Part shown: positions 35,792 through 48,026 of the stretch, in pieces
Numbering within the stretch: position 1 is the stretch's first letter
How the letters are laid out: each line of letters begins with the position of its first letter
Assembly: GCA_013239625.1 (NCBI GenBank)
Contig: MU054413.1
Location: 1,364,001 to 1,428,000, forward strand
Direction: 5' to 3'
Source of the DNA: Lama guanicoe
Taxonomy: Eukaryota
DNA length: 64,000 nucleotides
Position numbers and translations under genes: made by a program
The notes under the pieces: model-generated
Told to the model about the DNA's origin: nothing
Seen by the model: the letters and a program-made list of their open reading frames with translations, nothing else
Databases searched by the model: none

Positions 35792-37759
35792 GGGCCGTGT
35801 TCCCGCCGCGCACAGAGATGCCTACACACCTGCTCCCGATCGCTCTCCCTCTTCTTCCACAGTCTCACACCTGAGTCCATGCTCACCTGCTCTTACCCAC
35901 TTGGGTACCTGCTTACTGATACATTTACACCAACAACAGCAGCTAACACTTATATAAGCACTTACTATGTGCCAGGAAGTGTTCTAAGTGCTTTAAATAC
36001 ATCAGCTCATTTAATTCTTATGACAACCCTTTGCAGCAGGCACCACTGTTCTCCCCATTTACCTGGAGAAGAAACAGGGAGAGTGAGTAACTTGCCTGCA
36101 TCAGTCAGTTTTGCTGCATAACAAATAAAGCTAAAGTTGCAGGAGTATACAGCAACAAGCACTTATTTTCACAAAACCCCCAGGTCAGTGGGTTAACCGG
36201 CATGGCTCTCTACCATATGTCCTATTTGAGGCCCAAGATGGAGAGTCAGTGGCTACCTAGGGCAGGCTTCTTTTGTGGATTTGTCAGGTGATATCAGAGA
36301 AATGAGCAAAAACATTTCTCTTAACTTCTTAACACTGCCATTTCTGCCCATATTCTACCTGCCAAAGCAAGTCTCATGGCCAAAACTAAACTTTAATAGG
36401 GCAAGAAAAGACTGTTCTCCCATGTAGGTGAAGGTGGAGCGGGACATATCCTGCTGAGCTGTGATCTAATCTACATTGCCCGCAAGTACATTGCTAGTGG
36501 CAGCTCTAAAATTTGGACCACACTTGGTTCCAGGATGAATAGTCCTTACCGTTTCCCTATACTGCATCTTGATTACATTTATCCTGACTCTTGGGCACTC
36601 ACACACAATCTATGCATTTGCCACAATTGTATAGTCACATACATACACACAGAGAGACCCACATCATGCCCTCACTGTGTACACTCACGGATTCTAACTT
36701 TTTTTTCTCTGAGTGCCATTATGCCTAGAGATAATCATCTGATTTTCAGTAAATTCTAGAGGTTTGGATGATGCCCGAGAGACTACTGCTCATTTACTCC
36801 CAGAGCATCAGGCTGGAGGGATCTGAGAGACCCTCTGTGGTGGGTGGCACTGTACACACAATGCTGTCATGTCTGGCACACGGCTCACCTCTGTCCCCAT
36901 GGAGCAGCCTTTGTGACTCTAACGGAAACTCACCTAGGTTTCTGAGGGTGTCTCAGAGGCTTCTGGATCACTCAGTAAACCACTTCAAAGGAGGATTCCT
37001 GTTCAGTTTGCTTAAAGCTGGGAAACATCTGAGATGTTGTCTCTGTTGCACAGGAGAAGGTGAGCGTTCCCAGCAGAATGGCGGATGCTCTCTCTTGTCT
37101 GTAAGACTGAGCCCTAATGAAGGGAATATCCAGGGTGTTTGGTGCCAAGGGCAACAACTGAGGCTATTTGGGGATGGAAAGTGATGGCAAGGAATCTTTT
37201 TTTTGCTGGTATCACCTAAGAGACTCCACATTGTCTTGAATATTTGCTAAATGTAAAAGCTAGTGTGATGCAGTGATTTCTAAAGTTACTGTACTTCCCT
37301 CTCACATTTACAAAAGACCTTGCAACAGATGACCTTACAACGTATTTTCTTGTTTGCTCTCATTTGATCTTCACAATATTCTGTTATGGAGGCTAGGCTA
37401 ACTTGATTTTACAGACAAGAAAATCGAAGCCCAAAGAGCTGAATAATTTGTACATTTTCTTGGAGGATTTTCTTGGAGGATTCATGTCTTTGGTAATGTT
37501 CTGGCCAGGATGAGGGTCTTTATTCAGTGTTGATCTTTGCAGTGAGACCCACACAGGTTTACTATGGAAATGGATTTTTTTTTTGAGCTGCTGTAACCTG
37601 AAATCAGAACCATGAGAGCACCAGTGCACATGAACATGGGATTTCTATACATGGAGACTTCCTGACCATCACCTGGAGGGTACACCTGTCTATAACTTGG
37701 GGGCCATTGCTGCTGGTAAGAGAAATTATTTGGTTGGGAGATGACAAAGCCATGGTCTA

Positions 37760-37985
37760 CTTCATAGGTCAGCAAACTTTTTTCTGTAAAGAAAGCCAGA
37801 TAAGACAGATAGGAGATATTTTAGGCTCTGTTGCTACTACTCAACTGCTCTGATACAGTGTGAAAGCAGTCAGAGACAGTATGTAAGTTAATGGGCGTGG
37901 ATGTGTTCCAATAAAATGTTATTTACAAAACAGGTGACAGGTTGGATTTGGCTCCCAGGCTGTAGTTTTCCAACCCTTGATCTAG
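37760..37985. mobile_element. MER58-like hAT element
   Basis: 'ggtcagcaaacttttttctgtaaag...gggcgtggatgtgttccaataaaa...ggatttggctcccaggctgtagttt'. Confidence 0.7.
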
Positions 37986-38267
37986 ATTTGTAAAGGCACT
38001 TCTGCTTTGTCTTGTGAGACTCAAGACTCAACTCTGATTGATTGATATGAGATTGGCGGGCACTCCCCAAATCAGAACAAACAAAAGTACAGTGGATGAA
38101 AGCAGCCATCTGTTGAAATGATAAACGATGTTTTCTTGAAATGATTGGCTGAGCCAATCAAGATTGAATAATTATTGGCCCAACTAACATGCATTCAGTT
38201 TTACTGAACCTTGTTTAAAGAATAATCAGAAACTTGAAAGCAAGAATGTGTTAGTATTTTTCTAGTA

Positions 38268-38299
<32 letters not shown>

Positions 38300-38360
38300 G
38301 TATGAGTGTGTGTGTGTGAAAGAGAGAGAGACAGACAGATAGAGACAGAAAAAGAGAGAG
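38268..38360 (+). repeat. Compound (TG)n-(AG)n microsatellite
   Basis: Visible dinucleotide runs. Confidence 0.9.
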
Positions 38361-38515
38361 AAGTTTCAGCTTTCCAATGATTCATGAAGACCTACCTTGG
38401 TGGTATGGATGCAATGGCTCCCAAGACGGTCAGCCTCCAAATACCCATCTGTCAGCCTTTCTTTGTGTGTTCTGTCTTCCCTTGTTTGCTCTTGTAGAGA
38501 AGAGTTATCCTGGAT

Positions 38516-38639
38516 TGTGCTCATGAACATTCAGATCACTGGAAAAACTGTGTTCATGAACATTCAAATCACTGGAAAAATTCACACTGTAAAAAATAAA
38601 GTGATATCTGGTTTGTAAGAAATAAAATGATATCTGGTC
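38516..38639 (+). repeat. Two adjacent short tandem duplications (33 bp x2; 26 bp x2)
   Basis: 38516-38548/38549-38581 and 38588-38613/38614-38639. Confidence 0.9.
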
Positions 38640-39761
38640 TTTTGGTATATGAGTCTAGTTAGTATGAGTCAGTCCCTGAAAACCTAAAGTCTTCTTAGGG
38701 TTCTGGGAGAAGAATTTCTAGTTTCCCAAATGCTGAAGACCAGCCTGCACTATGGTGATCCCACAGCATGCAGTCCTTGGAAGCCTTGTTTGGAGGTTGG
38801 TTGGAATCATAACATCTCCATCGTGTCTTTTTTTTACTACAACATAGTTATTATATTCCTCCTGACTTAGGTGGAGGGTATGCCTGATGTCACTTAATGT
38901 AGACATGCAACCTTGCAGGGTACCAAAAGGCAAATGACAGAAATTTTATCCTGGAAAGTAGATGTGGGTGTTAAAACCAGGCTATTAATCAAGGGACTCA
39001 GTGAGCAGTGCATTTAGAGGACTAAAGCTGGAAATTTTTGTTTTAACCATCACATAATCCAGGAGATACAAAAATCAACTTACAAGCACTTGAGCATATT
39101 TCATTTGATTGCAGGGGTGTTGCAGTCAGGATAGGTTAGGCTTATGCTGTGCTAACAATTCCCAGATTTCAGTCGCTTAACATAGAAATATTTATTCCTG
39201 CTGTCACAGAGTCTACCTGAGTGCGTGGGAAATGTGGATGGAAGGAAGGCTCTGCTCTCTTACTTGCTCAGGGGTCCAGGCTGGTGAAGGCTCCACTGCC
39301 TGGAATGTCAACAATTCTTGCAACAAGGGAAAAGAAGACCTGGAGAATCACACAGGGGCTTTAAAAACATTATTTCCTCCCAGTGTTTCATTAGCCTGAA
39401 TTTTGGTCACGTAGCCCACTAGTCTTCTGTGTGTTTATTACAGGCTTGCCACAGAGCATGGGGAGCCAAGAGGACCATCTCAGATGTGGTTGGCAGCAGG
39501 TGGAGGAGTGAAGGAAGAGCCCCATCTTGAGAAGGAAGAAGGACAGCATGTCTGCTTCCTGATGGGTGGCCTAGTTCTCTGAGCTATCCCAGAGTTCCGA
39601 TGATACTGGGGTGACATTTTCCAATTGAATAGATAGGAAATCTAAGACAAGCTAGGGAGCTTCCACCCAGAAGCCATTTTTTAATCTAATTATTTTACAA
39701 ACACAGAGTTAACTCCTCTCCCGTGACTTTGTCTCTACTAATAACTCTAAGAGCCAAGTTT

Positions 39762-39890
39762 TGTGGGGTTTTTTTGGTAGGGGGAGGTAATTAGGTTTAT
39801 TTATTATTTTTAGAGGAGATACTGGGGGTTGGACCCAGGACCTCACACATGCTAAGTGTGTGCTCAACCACTTGAGCTATACCTCCCCCT
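39762..39890 (-). mobile_element. tRNA-derived SINE with perfect 16-bp TSD
   Basis: tctaagagccaagttt at 39746-39761 and 39891-39906. Confidence 0.92.
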
Positions 39891-40889
39891 TCTAAGAGCC
39901 AAGTTTCCAAAATCATCCCACCAGAAGGGAGATGGGGGTGCAGTATTCTCAGATGCCTTCCTTTTGTTGTTAAATCTCTTGAGTTTGGGGTCACCACTTA
40001 AGCACTAGTTATTTAAGGTAAACGACATGACCCAAGCTTTTAATCGTCCTAGTCTCCTGTTTTAACTGACAACACGGCTACTCCTTATGCCCAAATGCCA
40101 AACAAGGAAACCAGAGGATGAGGGAGTGGGGAGAGGAGAGGGAGCAGTGAGGAAGTGACCTGGTGACTCCAGAGATGATGTGCCAGTAGGTGTTCTTTTC
40201 AAGCTTCTAGAAAAACCACTGGATGGATGGGTTGAGCTGGATTCAATTGAGAAGGTTAGATGGGATAACAGAGAAGAAATTGTGGGGGATGAAGGGCTCT
40301 TCAGGCTTTTATATTTTGAGATGAGAAAAGAATTCACTAGATGTTTGTGACACCCATGGATTGAATCACAGTTTCTCACAAAGCAAGCCTGACAAAATCT
40401 TGGCCAACCTGATATTGGACTCTGGAGTGAGAATCAGAGTTGTCCCTCTTCAGGCAAAACTGGCCAGGCCCTTGTGCCCTCACCATCCGCATTCTCTGTA
40501 CAGGGCTGCCTTGGGGAGGGCATGACCTCGTGCAAGCACTCCTTAGAGCTGAGCATCAACTCATTTCTCAAAGGGCATCCAAGGCAGCATATCTCCATGT
40601 CTGCCACAGCTTTGTATCCATAGCACTCACCGTGTTTTGGTTTTTACCTGGAAAGGAACTCCAGAGTTCTAGCCAGATCGTAGAGTTCGACTGTCTGGGA
40701 ACTCCAGCAAATACATCTGACTTGGATGGAAGGCTTGGTGTATAATCAGCTTAGCTCCTGACCCATTTCCTGCCTCAATGGTTAGCTACTAAGCGGATTT
40801 TCTTCCCTGAGGCCTTTTATAGGGTATAATGTGTATCATGAATCATAGGGGAATCCATGGAATTTCAACAGGCATCAGAAAATACCCTG

Positions 40890-41023
40890 AGGGGAGTGTG
40901 TAGCTCAGTGGTAGAGTGTGTGCTTAGTTAGCATGTGTGAGGTCCTGGGTTCAACCTCCAGTACCTCTGTTAAAAATAAACAAACAGATAAACATAACTA
41001 CCTCCATATCCAAAAAAAAAAAA
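40890..41023 (+). mobile_element. tRNA-derived SINE
   Basis: ggggagtgtgtagctcagtggtagag...ggtcctgggttcaacctccagtacc followed by an A-tail; aaataccc/aagtaccc flanks. Confidence 0.9.
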
Positions 41024-42019
41024 GTACCCCAAGTAATGGAAAGTAGACCTTGTCACACTTTAAGAGTCTGTTGGTGTGGGAGGTATATTAAACTTTTCTG
41101 GGCACCCACTGTATGTTACATACTTAATTTTGTACAATCTTAATATATCCCAGAAGCACTGTAAAGTAGTTACTAATTTCCTTATTTTGCACAAGAGAAT
41201 CTGACTTTCCAAAGATCTCAGGGCTAGAAAACATAAGCCAGAGAGAAGACCCCACGGGACAGGATCTATAACAGTCTTGCCCATCATGGCCATTCTTGCA
41301 TCTAGAAAGGATGTGGCTTAGAGCAGACGACCAATATATATTTGTTGAATGAATGAAGGGTGGCCAAGCAAGTATCCAAAAATCACATATTATCTCACTT
41401 TAAAATGTAGGCCTTTCATTTTTAACATGTGAAATACACAGCATTCAGGGAAAGTTGTGAGAAGCACACAAAACACATGTTTTGATTTAATCAGAAAACA
41501 GTCCTGTGATTTAACCTCTGCACTGTGATGCTTCTCTGATTCTGGTCATCCAAGCAGCAGATTCAGCTGTCTTAACATTGGAAAAGTAAATCCACCACAC
41601 GAGCAGTTGGGGAAATCACCACTGATGGGAGCGGTTGCAGAATTACTTGGTTAATCATCATCTGCATTCACCTTTAGAGAATGGTTGAAAAGTTTAGATT
41701 TCAGGAGCCAGTTGTGGCTGGTGAAGTATTAGACGGATTCTGGCCAAATCACCCAAACCATGGTGATCAGAATAGCATTACCTGCTTGTGTCTCAGATCT
41801 TTATGTACGAGGTTGAGGGGAGGCAGTACCAGGACTGAATTGGACATCTGGTTTACAGTTTGCTTTCTGGACTCAAGAACTAGAAAAAAAGGGTGAATGT
41901 TCTGACCTCAGTTGAGAGACATATCTCCCTCTCCCAGATGCTTACTGAGCTTGTGGTCTGGGCCATAACAGACCTCACAGCATCCAAGGGCTTTACTGCT
42001 TCGGTGCTGGCCTACATCA

Positions 42020-42045
42020 TGATGGATTACCAATAATAGGATTTG
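42020..42045 (+). promoter_or_regulatory. LRIT2 proximal promoter CRX/OTX2-type sites
   Basis: GGATTA at 42024-42029 and a GGATTT variant at ~42039, ~70-80 nt before the ATG. Confidence 0.5.
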
Positions 42046-42106
42046 CCACCCTGAAGCGTGGACTGTACTTGCTCAAAAACTTGTAAGGTAGTTTCTACAG
42101 AAGAAC

Positions 42107-42216
42107 ATGGCTTCAGTTTCTCACTGTTTCCTGCTAGTTCTGGTCTTTCTGGATTCACTTGCCGCTCAGCCATCCTGTCTGCCAGGATGTACCTGCTCAG
42201 AGGAGAGTTTTGGCAG
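42107..42216 (+). CDS. LRIT2: LRIT2 exon 1 (signal peptide, start of LRRNT; 110 nt)
   Basis: MASVSHCFLLVLVFLDSLAAQPSCLPGCTCSEESFG; donor AG|gtgcgc. Confidence 0.95.
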
Positions 42217-42505
42217 GTGCGCTGTGCTCGCAAGATCCCAGAAGGTTGTAGGGGATGGGCTTTATTTGGGGATGATGTGGAGTGGAGAAGGCCAAGGTTT
42301 GGCAGGAAATTTCTGTGAGACTCATTCTAGTTGATGCTGAACTTGAGTAAACTGTGCACTTTTACCAAAATGTTTCTAACTCTTCTATTTCAAGTGAATA
42401 GTATTTTTTTTCCTTCTAATTCATGTCTCTAATGCCAGGATAAGCCTGATCCCACTTCCCAGCTTCCTGATGTTTGTCTCAAGCTGTTCTGGTTTTTTTG
42501 TACAG

Positions 42506-43287
42506 GACTCTGCAGTGCGTGTCGTTCTCTTTGGGAAAAATTCCAAGGAACCTTTCTGAAGAGTTCAAGCAAGTGAGAATTGAAAATTCACCCTTATTTG
42601 AACTGCCTCGAGGGTCCTTCATCAACATGAGCACCTTGGAGTACCTTTGGCTCAATTTTAACAATGTCACTGTGATCCACGTAGGAGCCCTGGAGCACCT
42701 GTCAGAACTGAAAGAACTGCGACTGGAAGGGAACAAACTCCGTTCAGTACCATGGACAGCGTTCCACGCCACCCCACTCCTAAGGGTCTTAGGTCTCAAA
42801 CACAACTGGATTGATGTGCTCCCTGAACTAGCTCTTCAGTTCTTGGGCAACCTGACCTACCTTGACCTATCCTCCAATAGGCTTACAGTTGTATCCAAGA
42901 GTGTCTTCCTGAACTGGCCAGCCTACCAGAAATACCGGCAGCCTGGCTGTGGGGCTGAGATTCTCTCCAGCATGGTGCTGGCGCTGCATGACAACCCCTG
43001 GTTATGTGACTGTCGCCTAAGGGGACTTGTCCAGTTTGTAAAGTCCATCAGCCTTCCACTCATCCTGGTGAATCCCTACCTGATGTGCCGAGGTCCTCTC
43101 TCCAAGGCAGGGCAGATTTTTCAGGAAACAGAGCTCAGTACTTGCCTGAAGCCTCAGATGTCAACTCCCAGTGCCAATGTCAGCATCCAGGTGGGACAGA
43201 ATGTGACCCTGCAATGCTTGGCACAAGCTAACCCCTTACCAACTGTTGCATGGACTTATCCCCTGAGCATGTGGAGAAAATTTGATG
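42506..43287 (+). CDS. LRIT2: LRIT2 exon 2 (LRRs, LRRCT, Ig start; 782 nt)
   Basis: tacag|G...GATG|gtaagc; TLQCVS...LEYLWLNFNN...HDNPWLCDC...WTYPLSMWRKFD. Confidence 0.97.
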
Positions 43288-45063
43288 GTAAGCTACATGC
43301 ACCCTCTCAAAATATCTGGGGGGATGGGAAGGTCTATAGTAACCCTAGCCTCAATATAGAAGTTCTAAATTGGGTCAATCATGTAGGAAGGGTGCAGGTA
43401 AGACTGGGATACAACTGAATTCTATTTACCACAATAGGAAAAATTCCAAGATAGTGTTCCACTGTTGGAATTATTTTGAATGGCTGTATACAGATCTCTA
43501 TAGGACATATAGATGTAAATATGTATGTGTATATGTGTGTGTGTATATATATGCGTATATACATGTGAAATTGACTTAACATATTGTATAAATATTACAG
43601 AATTGTATATGAACAAGTCAATTTTTGAAAGCTTTTTATATGAATAACACTGTACTGTGTATTTTTAAATCATAGACTTTCTGACAAGAATTGATTCTAG
43701 AAACTATCTGTTATTTCTTAAACTTATCTGAACAGACTCACCTGGGGTGCTTGTTTGAAATAAGATTTCCAGGCTTCTTCCTGAAGATTTGATTTAGTTA
43801 GTCCAGAGAAGGGCTTGAAAGAATGTATTTTAAGAAGTGCTTCTTCCCTCTCCCATCCCTTACCCACCAGCTAACTCTTATCACCAGGCAAGATTGGGAA
43901 GTCCCAGATATTGATTGAATTTTATGCTTCCCACCACTGTGTTGATCAGGCCTTACTGGATTAAAGTTGTAAAACTGGGACCCTAGGAGAGGGAAGGACC
44001 TCTGTGGGCCCCACAGCTGGGATTCAAATTTGCCTCTCGTTTCCTGGAGCTCTGTGCTCTGCTTTCATACTGCAGCTGGAATCCCCTTTAATGCGACTCT
44101 GCAGGGTTGGGGCACATCATAAAACCAGAATGGCCTCTCTAGAAATATCTGGAAGCTATTTGGAAAACAATTAGCAGTATCTAAGTAAAACTTGAGAAAT
44201 GCAATCAGTCCCCCAGATACTGGTTATACATGGTCACAAATCTCTGGATGATTAAAAAAGAATACCTGATTAGCTGAAATTTTGACTTTTTTCCCCGATC
44301 ATTTTGATTACACCTCATTGGCTTGAGGTTAAACACCAGTGAAGGAGAAATACAGGGTTTGTTGTGACTTCTTTGAGAATGGGGAGATGCATTCAGATGT
44401 TGTCTTCTGGGGTGCTCTATAGTCAGTCTCTGGCACATGTTAAATCCATTCTCTCAGTAATGTTAACAGCTAACACTTACTGAGCCCTTTTTATCAAACT
44501 TATTCATTGAGCACTATTGTCATCTCATTTTATTAATGAGGAAATTGAGACCAGGAGAATCTAAACAAATCATCCAAGACCATATACTTAGCAAGGGATA
44601 GAATCCAGGCATTTGGCTTCAGGCTCTGGGCCACCCCACCTGTGGGAGGTAAAAGGGCACTTCTTGAAACTCACAGTATTGTGAACTCATGCTATTTTAA
44701 GAGATCTCTTGGAAACAGTGTGTCAGCTCAGCGAGGCTAAGGTACTTTGGTGGGAGCAGCTAGTGAAGTTAAAAGAGTGTGTTCTTCGTAGACAGGAAAA
44801 CAAGGTTCCAGATCAATCACTGCCGCTGAAGAATTCCCATTTTGGGCAAGTTGCTTCATTGCTCTAATCCTCAACTTCCCATATGTAAAAATCAGGTACG
44901 TACCTTACAGGGTTGCTGAGAGGCAAACAGTTGGTACCAAGTGCATGCTTGATGAAGGGTCACCATCACCTTTTAACAAAAAGCTGGCATTGCTGGACAC
45001 TCTCCAGCAGTCTGTCTAAGAGAGAAATGTCTACCCAAGCTGTTTTGCTCTCTCTCCACCCAG

Positions 45064-45818
45064 TGTTGACTTCGTCTACTGCAGAAGATGCTGCTATGTC
45101 AGAGCTGGTCATACCTGCTGCCCACCTGGTAGACAGGGGCAATTACACCTGTGTGGCCTCCAACTCCATCGGCAGGAGCACCCTTGTCATTGCCCTCCAC
45201 GTCCAGCCTGCCCAGGCACCTCATTCTCTTTTCTCCCCCTCGGAGGGCAATGCCTATGTTGACCTGCGGGTGGTCAAGCAGACAGTGCGTGGGATCCTGC
45301 TGGAGTGGTTTGCGGCAGCCGACACCCCTGAGAAGTGGTTCACCCTCTACATTGCATCAGATGAAGCCCTCAGGAAGGAGGTGGTCCATGTCGGCCCAGG
45401 AATCAACACCTATGCCGTGGATGACCTCCTCCCTGGCACAAAATACGAGGCATGCCTTAGCCTGGGGGGCCAGCCCCCACGCCAAGGCCGGTGTGTGGTG
45501 TTTGTGACGGGCAGAGACCATGGAGGGCTGGAGGGGCGGGAGCGCCTCCTGCACACCACGGTGGTCCTGTGCGCTGTTCTGCTCGCAGTGCCCGTGGGCG
45601 CCTATGTCTGGGCAGCTCAGGCCCCCTGCAGCTGCAGGGAGTGGGGCCTACGCTGCTGTCCTCATTGCACGAAAGCCCCCAGGTGCCCCCGTGCCGTCCC
45701 ACAGCACAGCGATGGCTCCTATAGAGACCACACAGCTGTCAGTGAGGACGGCCTGGGGTACAGAGGTGCTGAGGGGGTGGGGAACAAGGAGAAAGATGGA
45801 GAGGGCGAAAGTGGCTGA
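45064..45818 (+). CDS. LRIT2: LRIT2 exon 3 (Ig end, FN3, TM, tail; stop TGA)
   Basis: cccag|TG; DRGNYTCVASN, LLPGTKYEAC, TM VVLCAVLLAVPVGAYVW; total CDS 1647 nt. Confidence 0.96.
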
Positions 45819-46090
45819 ACAGCCTTGGGCCAGGGAGGGGAATTGATTCTCTGTGACAGCTCAACTTGGCCTGACCCATGTAATCAACAATATTGTGCAC
45901 CTAGTTGGTTTCAGGCACTGAGCTTGACACAATGATCATGGAGACACAATTTAAAAAAAAGTTTTTAAGTTCATTCAGGTGATTCTTTTTTTTAATTTAA
46001 TGATTGTTATTTCAACAAATGAAAAAATAAATTATTAGCAAATTAGCAGGAGGTACACTGGGTAAAAGAATATCTTTTGATCAGGTGATT

Positions 46091-46180
46091 TTTTTAAAAA
46101 ATGGAAGTACAGCAGATTGAACCCAGTACCTCATGCATGCTAAGCACACACTGTACCACTGATCTATATCCTCCCCACCC
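46091..46180 (-). mobile_element. tRNA-derived SINE (degraded)
   Basis: 'gattgaacccagtacctcatgcatgctaagcacacactgtaccactgatctatatcctcccc'. Confidence 0.8.
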
Positions 46181-47423
46181 CACCACTTTTTTTTCTAACT
46201 AGAGTGTTTACAGCAAACACAAAGCTTCACGGCTTACCTGTGAATGTTTTACTTTTAGCCCTAACAGCTAAAGAAGTTTCAAAAAGACACAACCACAATG
46301 CCATTGTCACAGCAAAGAACATATATTTTAGAATTATATGTACACAGATATAGTTATATATGCATATGTGTATAAACAATACACACACACATATATATAA
46401 TGTAGCAGAGAATTTGTTTCTGAGAAGTTTCCCAGGATAAATTTTGAAGAAACATGGTCAGAGCACAGGGCTCTGTGTACCTCCCTCCACAGGATCAAAG
46501 GCGGTGCCCGGGTCTTGGAGGGTGCAGCCTTCATGAAGTGACTGGGGCTACCGTGGAGGCAGGAGGGGATGTTCTGGACTCCACTTCTGGCAAAGTAAAC
46601 TTGGTGGCGGGCATGGACAGAGGAACAGGAGCTGGGAAGGGGTCGTAGAAGAGAAGTGTAGCGTAGCAGGCAGGCTCGGGAGCACGTCATAGCGGGGGCA
46701 GTGTTCAGCTGCGTTGGTGAACACGGAAATTTAAGAAGAGGGAACACAATCTAGAGAGGATCTCTGGCAATCTGGTATTTAAGACCTTTAGACTAAATCC
46801 CAGAGTAAAGACTCACATTACTCAGATCGATTAGGTAATATGACAGTAGGCGTAAGAGTGTAGACTCTGGAGCGCAGTTTCCTGGGCTTAAATTTTGGCT
46901 TTGCTTCTTACTGGCTTTGTGACTCTATTTCCCTCTGCCTTAATTTCCTCATGTGTAGAATGGGGACAATAATAGCACCCACCTCGTAGGGCTGTCCTGA
47001 TGATTATACACGTTTTTGCGTGTAAAGCTCTCAGAACAATACTTGGCACATAGCAGGCCCTCAATCAATGTTATCACCATTTAAGGCATCTGTGTTGCTT
47101 TGTGTGTTTTTCTTTAAATGTGACTTAGCATACAGACTGGTCATTTGGAGCATCAGGTCTTACTACGATTACATATGTGTATATATGTAATGACCTGATA
47201 TCTTTGCTAACATCCTTCACATTCTGTTTAATTAATGCTTACTTAATGTTCTGCAGAAAGAATGTTTACAAGGTGCTACAGTTTTAGACTAGTTTTAGAT
47301 TCAGTCATGCTCTTGGGAACCTTACCTGTTTAGGGCTTAGACCATGTCATTTTAAGGCAAGTGCCTTTGATTCAGGAGACATTTTTAAGCAGGGTTTCCT
47401 GCTTTAAGAATGAAGCCATTGCT

Positions 47424-48026
47424 TTATAAAATTCTAGGTTTTGAAGTGAAAAAAGGGAATGAAGAGCCACAAATGGCAAAACACCCTTCTTTCTTAGGGG
47501 TGAGTTGTATTCCATTATATGTATAAATGCTGCATCTTCTTATCCATTCATCTACGGATGTGCACTTAGGATGCCTCCGTATCTTGGTAATTATAATGTT
47601 GCTGTTAATAGCCAGGTGTATGTATCATTTTGAATTAATTCTTATTTTGTGGTTGGCTTTATTCCTTTGATAACTATGTAAGTTTAAAAAGCTAAAGCTC
47701 TAAACATTCTTAGAAACAATGAATGGTACACATATGTTAATCTGAAAAATATGTGCAATATAATTTGCATATGTATTTACATGTAATATATTGTATATGT
47801 GCAGTCAAACTGTAACAATTCTACCTAATAAAACTGAAAAGTGAAAAAAAATCCTAACTTTGCAGGAGAAGGTGTTAGAGAAGATGTTATAAAATACCTC
47901 ATAAAGCCTTTAGAACTAGTAGCTATTCTTTTGATACTTCCATCTAGGAATATGTATTATGATGAAAGCATATGTATTTGGTGATACCTTCATTTTTCTA
48001 ATAAAGATTTCATACCATAAAAAGAG
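47424..48026 (+). mobile_element. L1-mediated polyadenylated insertion (retrocopy or 3' transduction) with 18-bp TSD
   Basis: aagaatgaagccattgct at 47406-47423 and 48027-48044; AATAAA 48000-48005 followed by an A-rich remnant; TT|AAGA target. Confidence 0.8.

Noticed and set aside
40890-40965. tRNA-like sequence with A and B boxes
   Set aside because: Head of a SINE with an A tail and several sibling copies in the window; not a tRNA gene.
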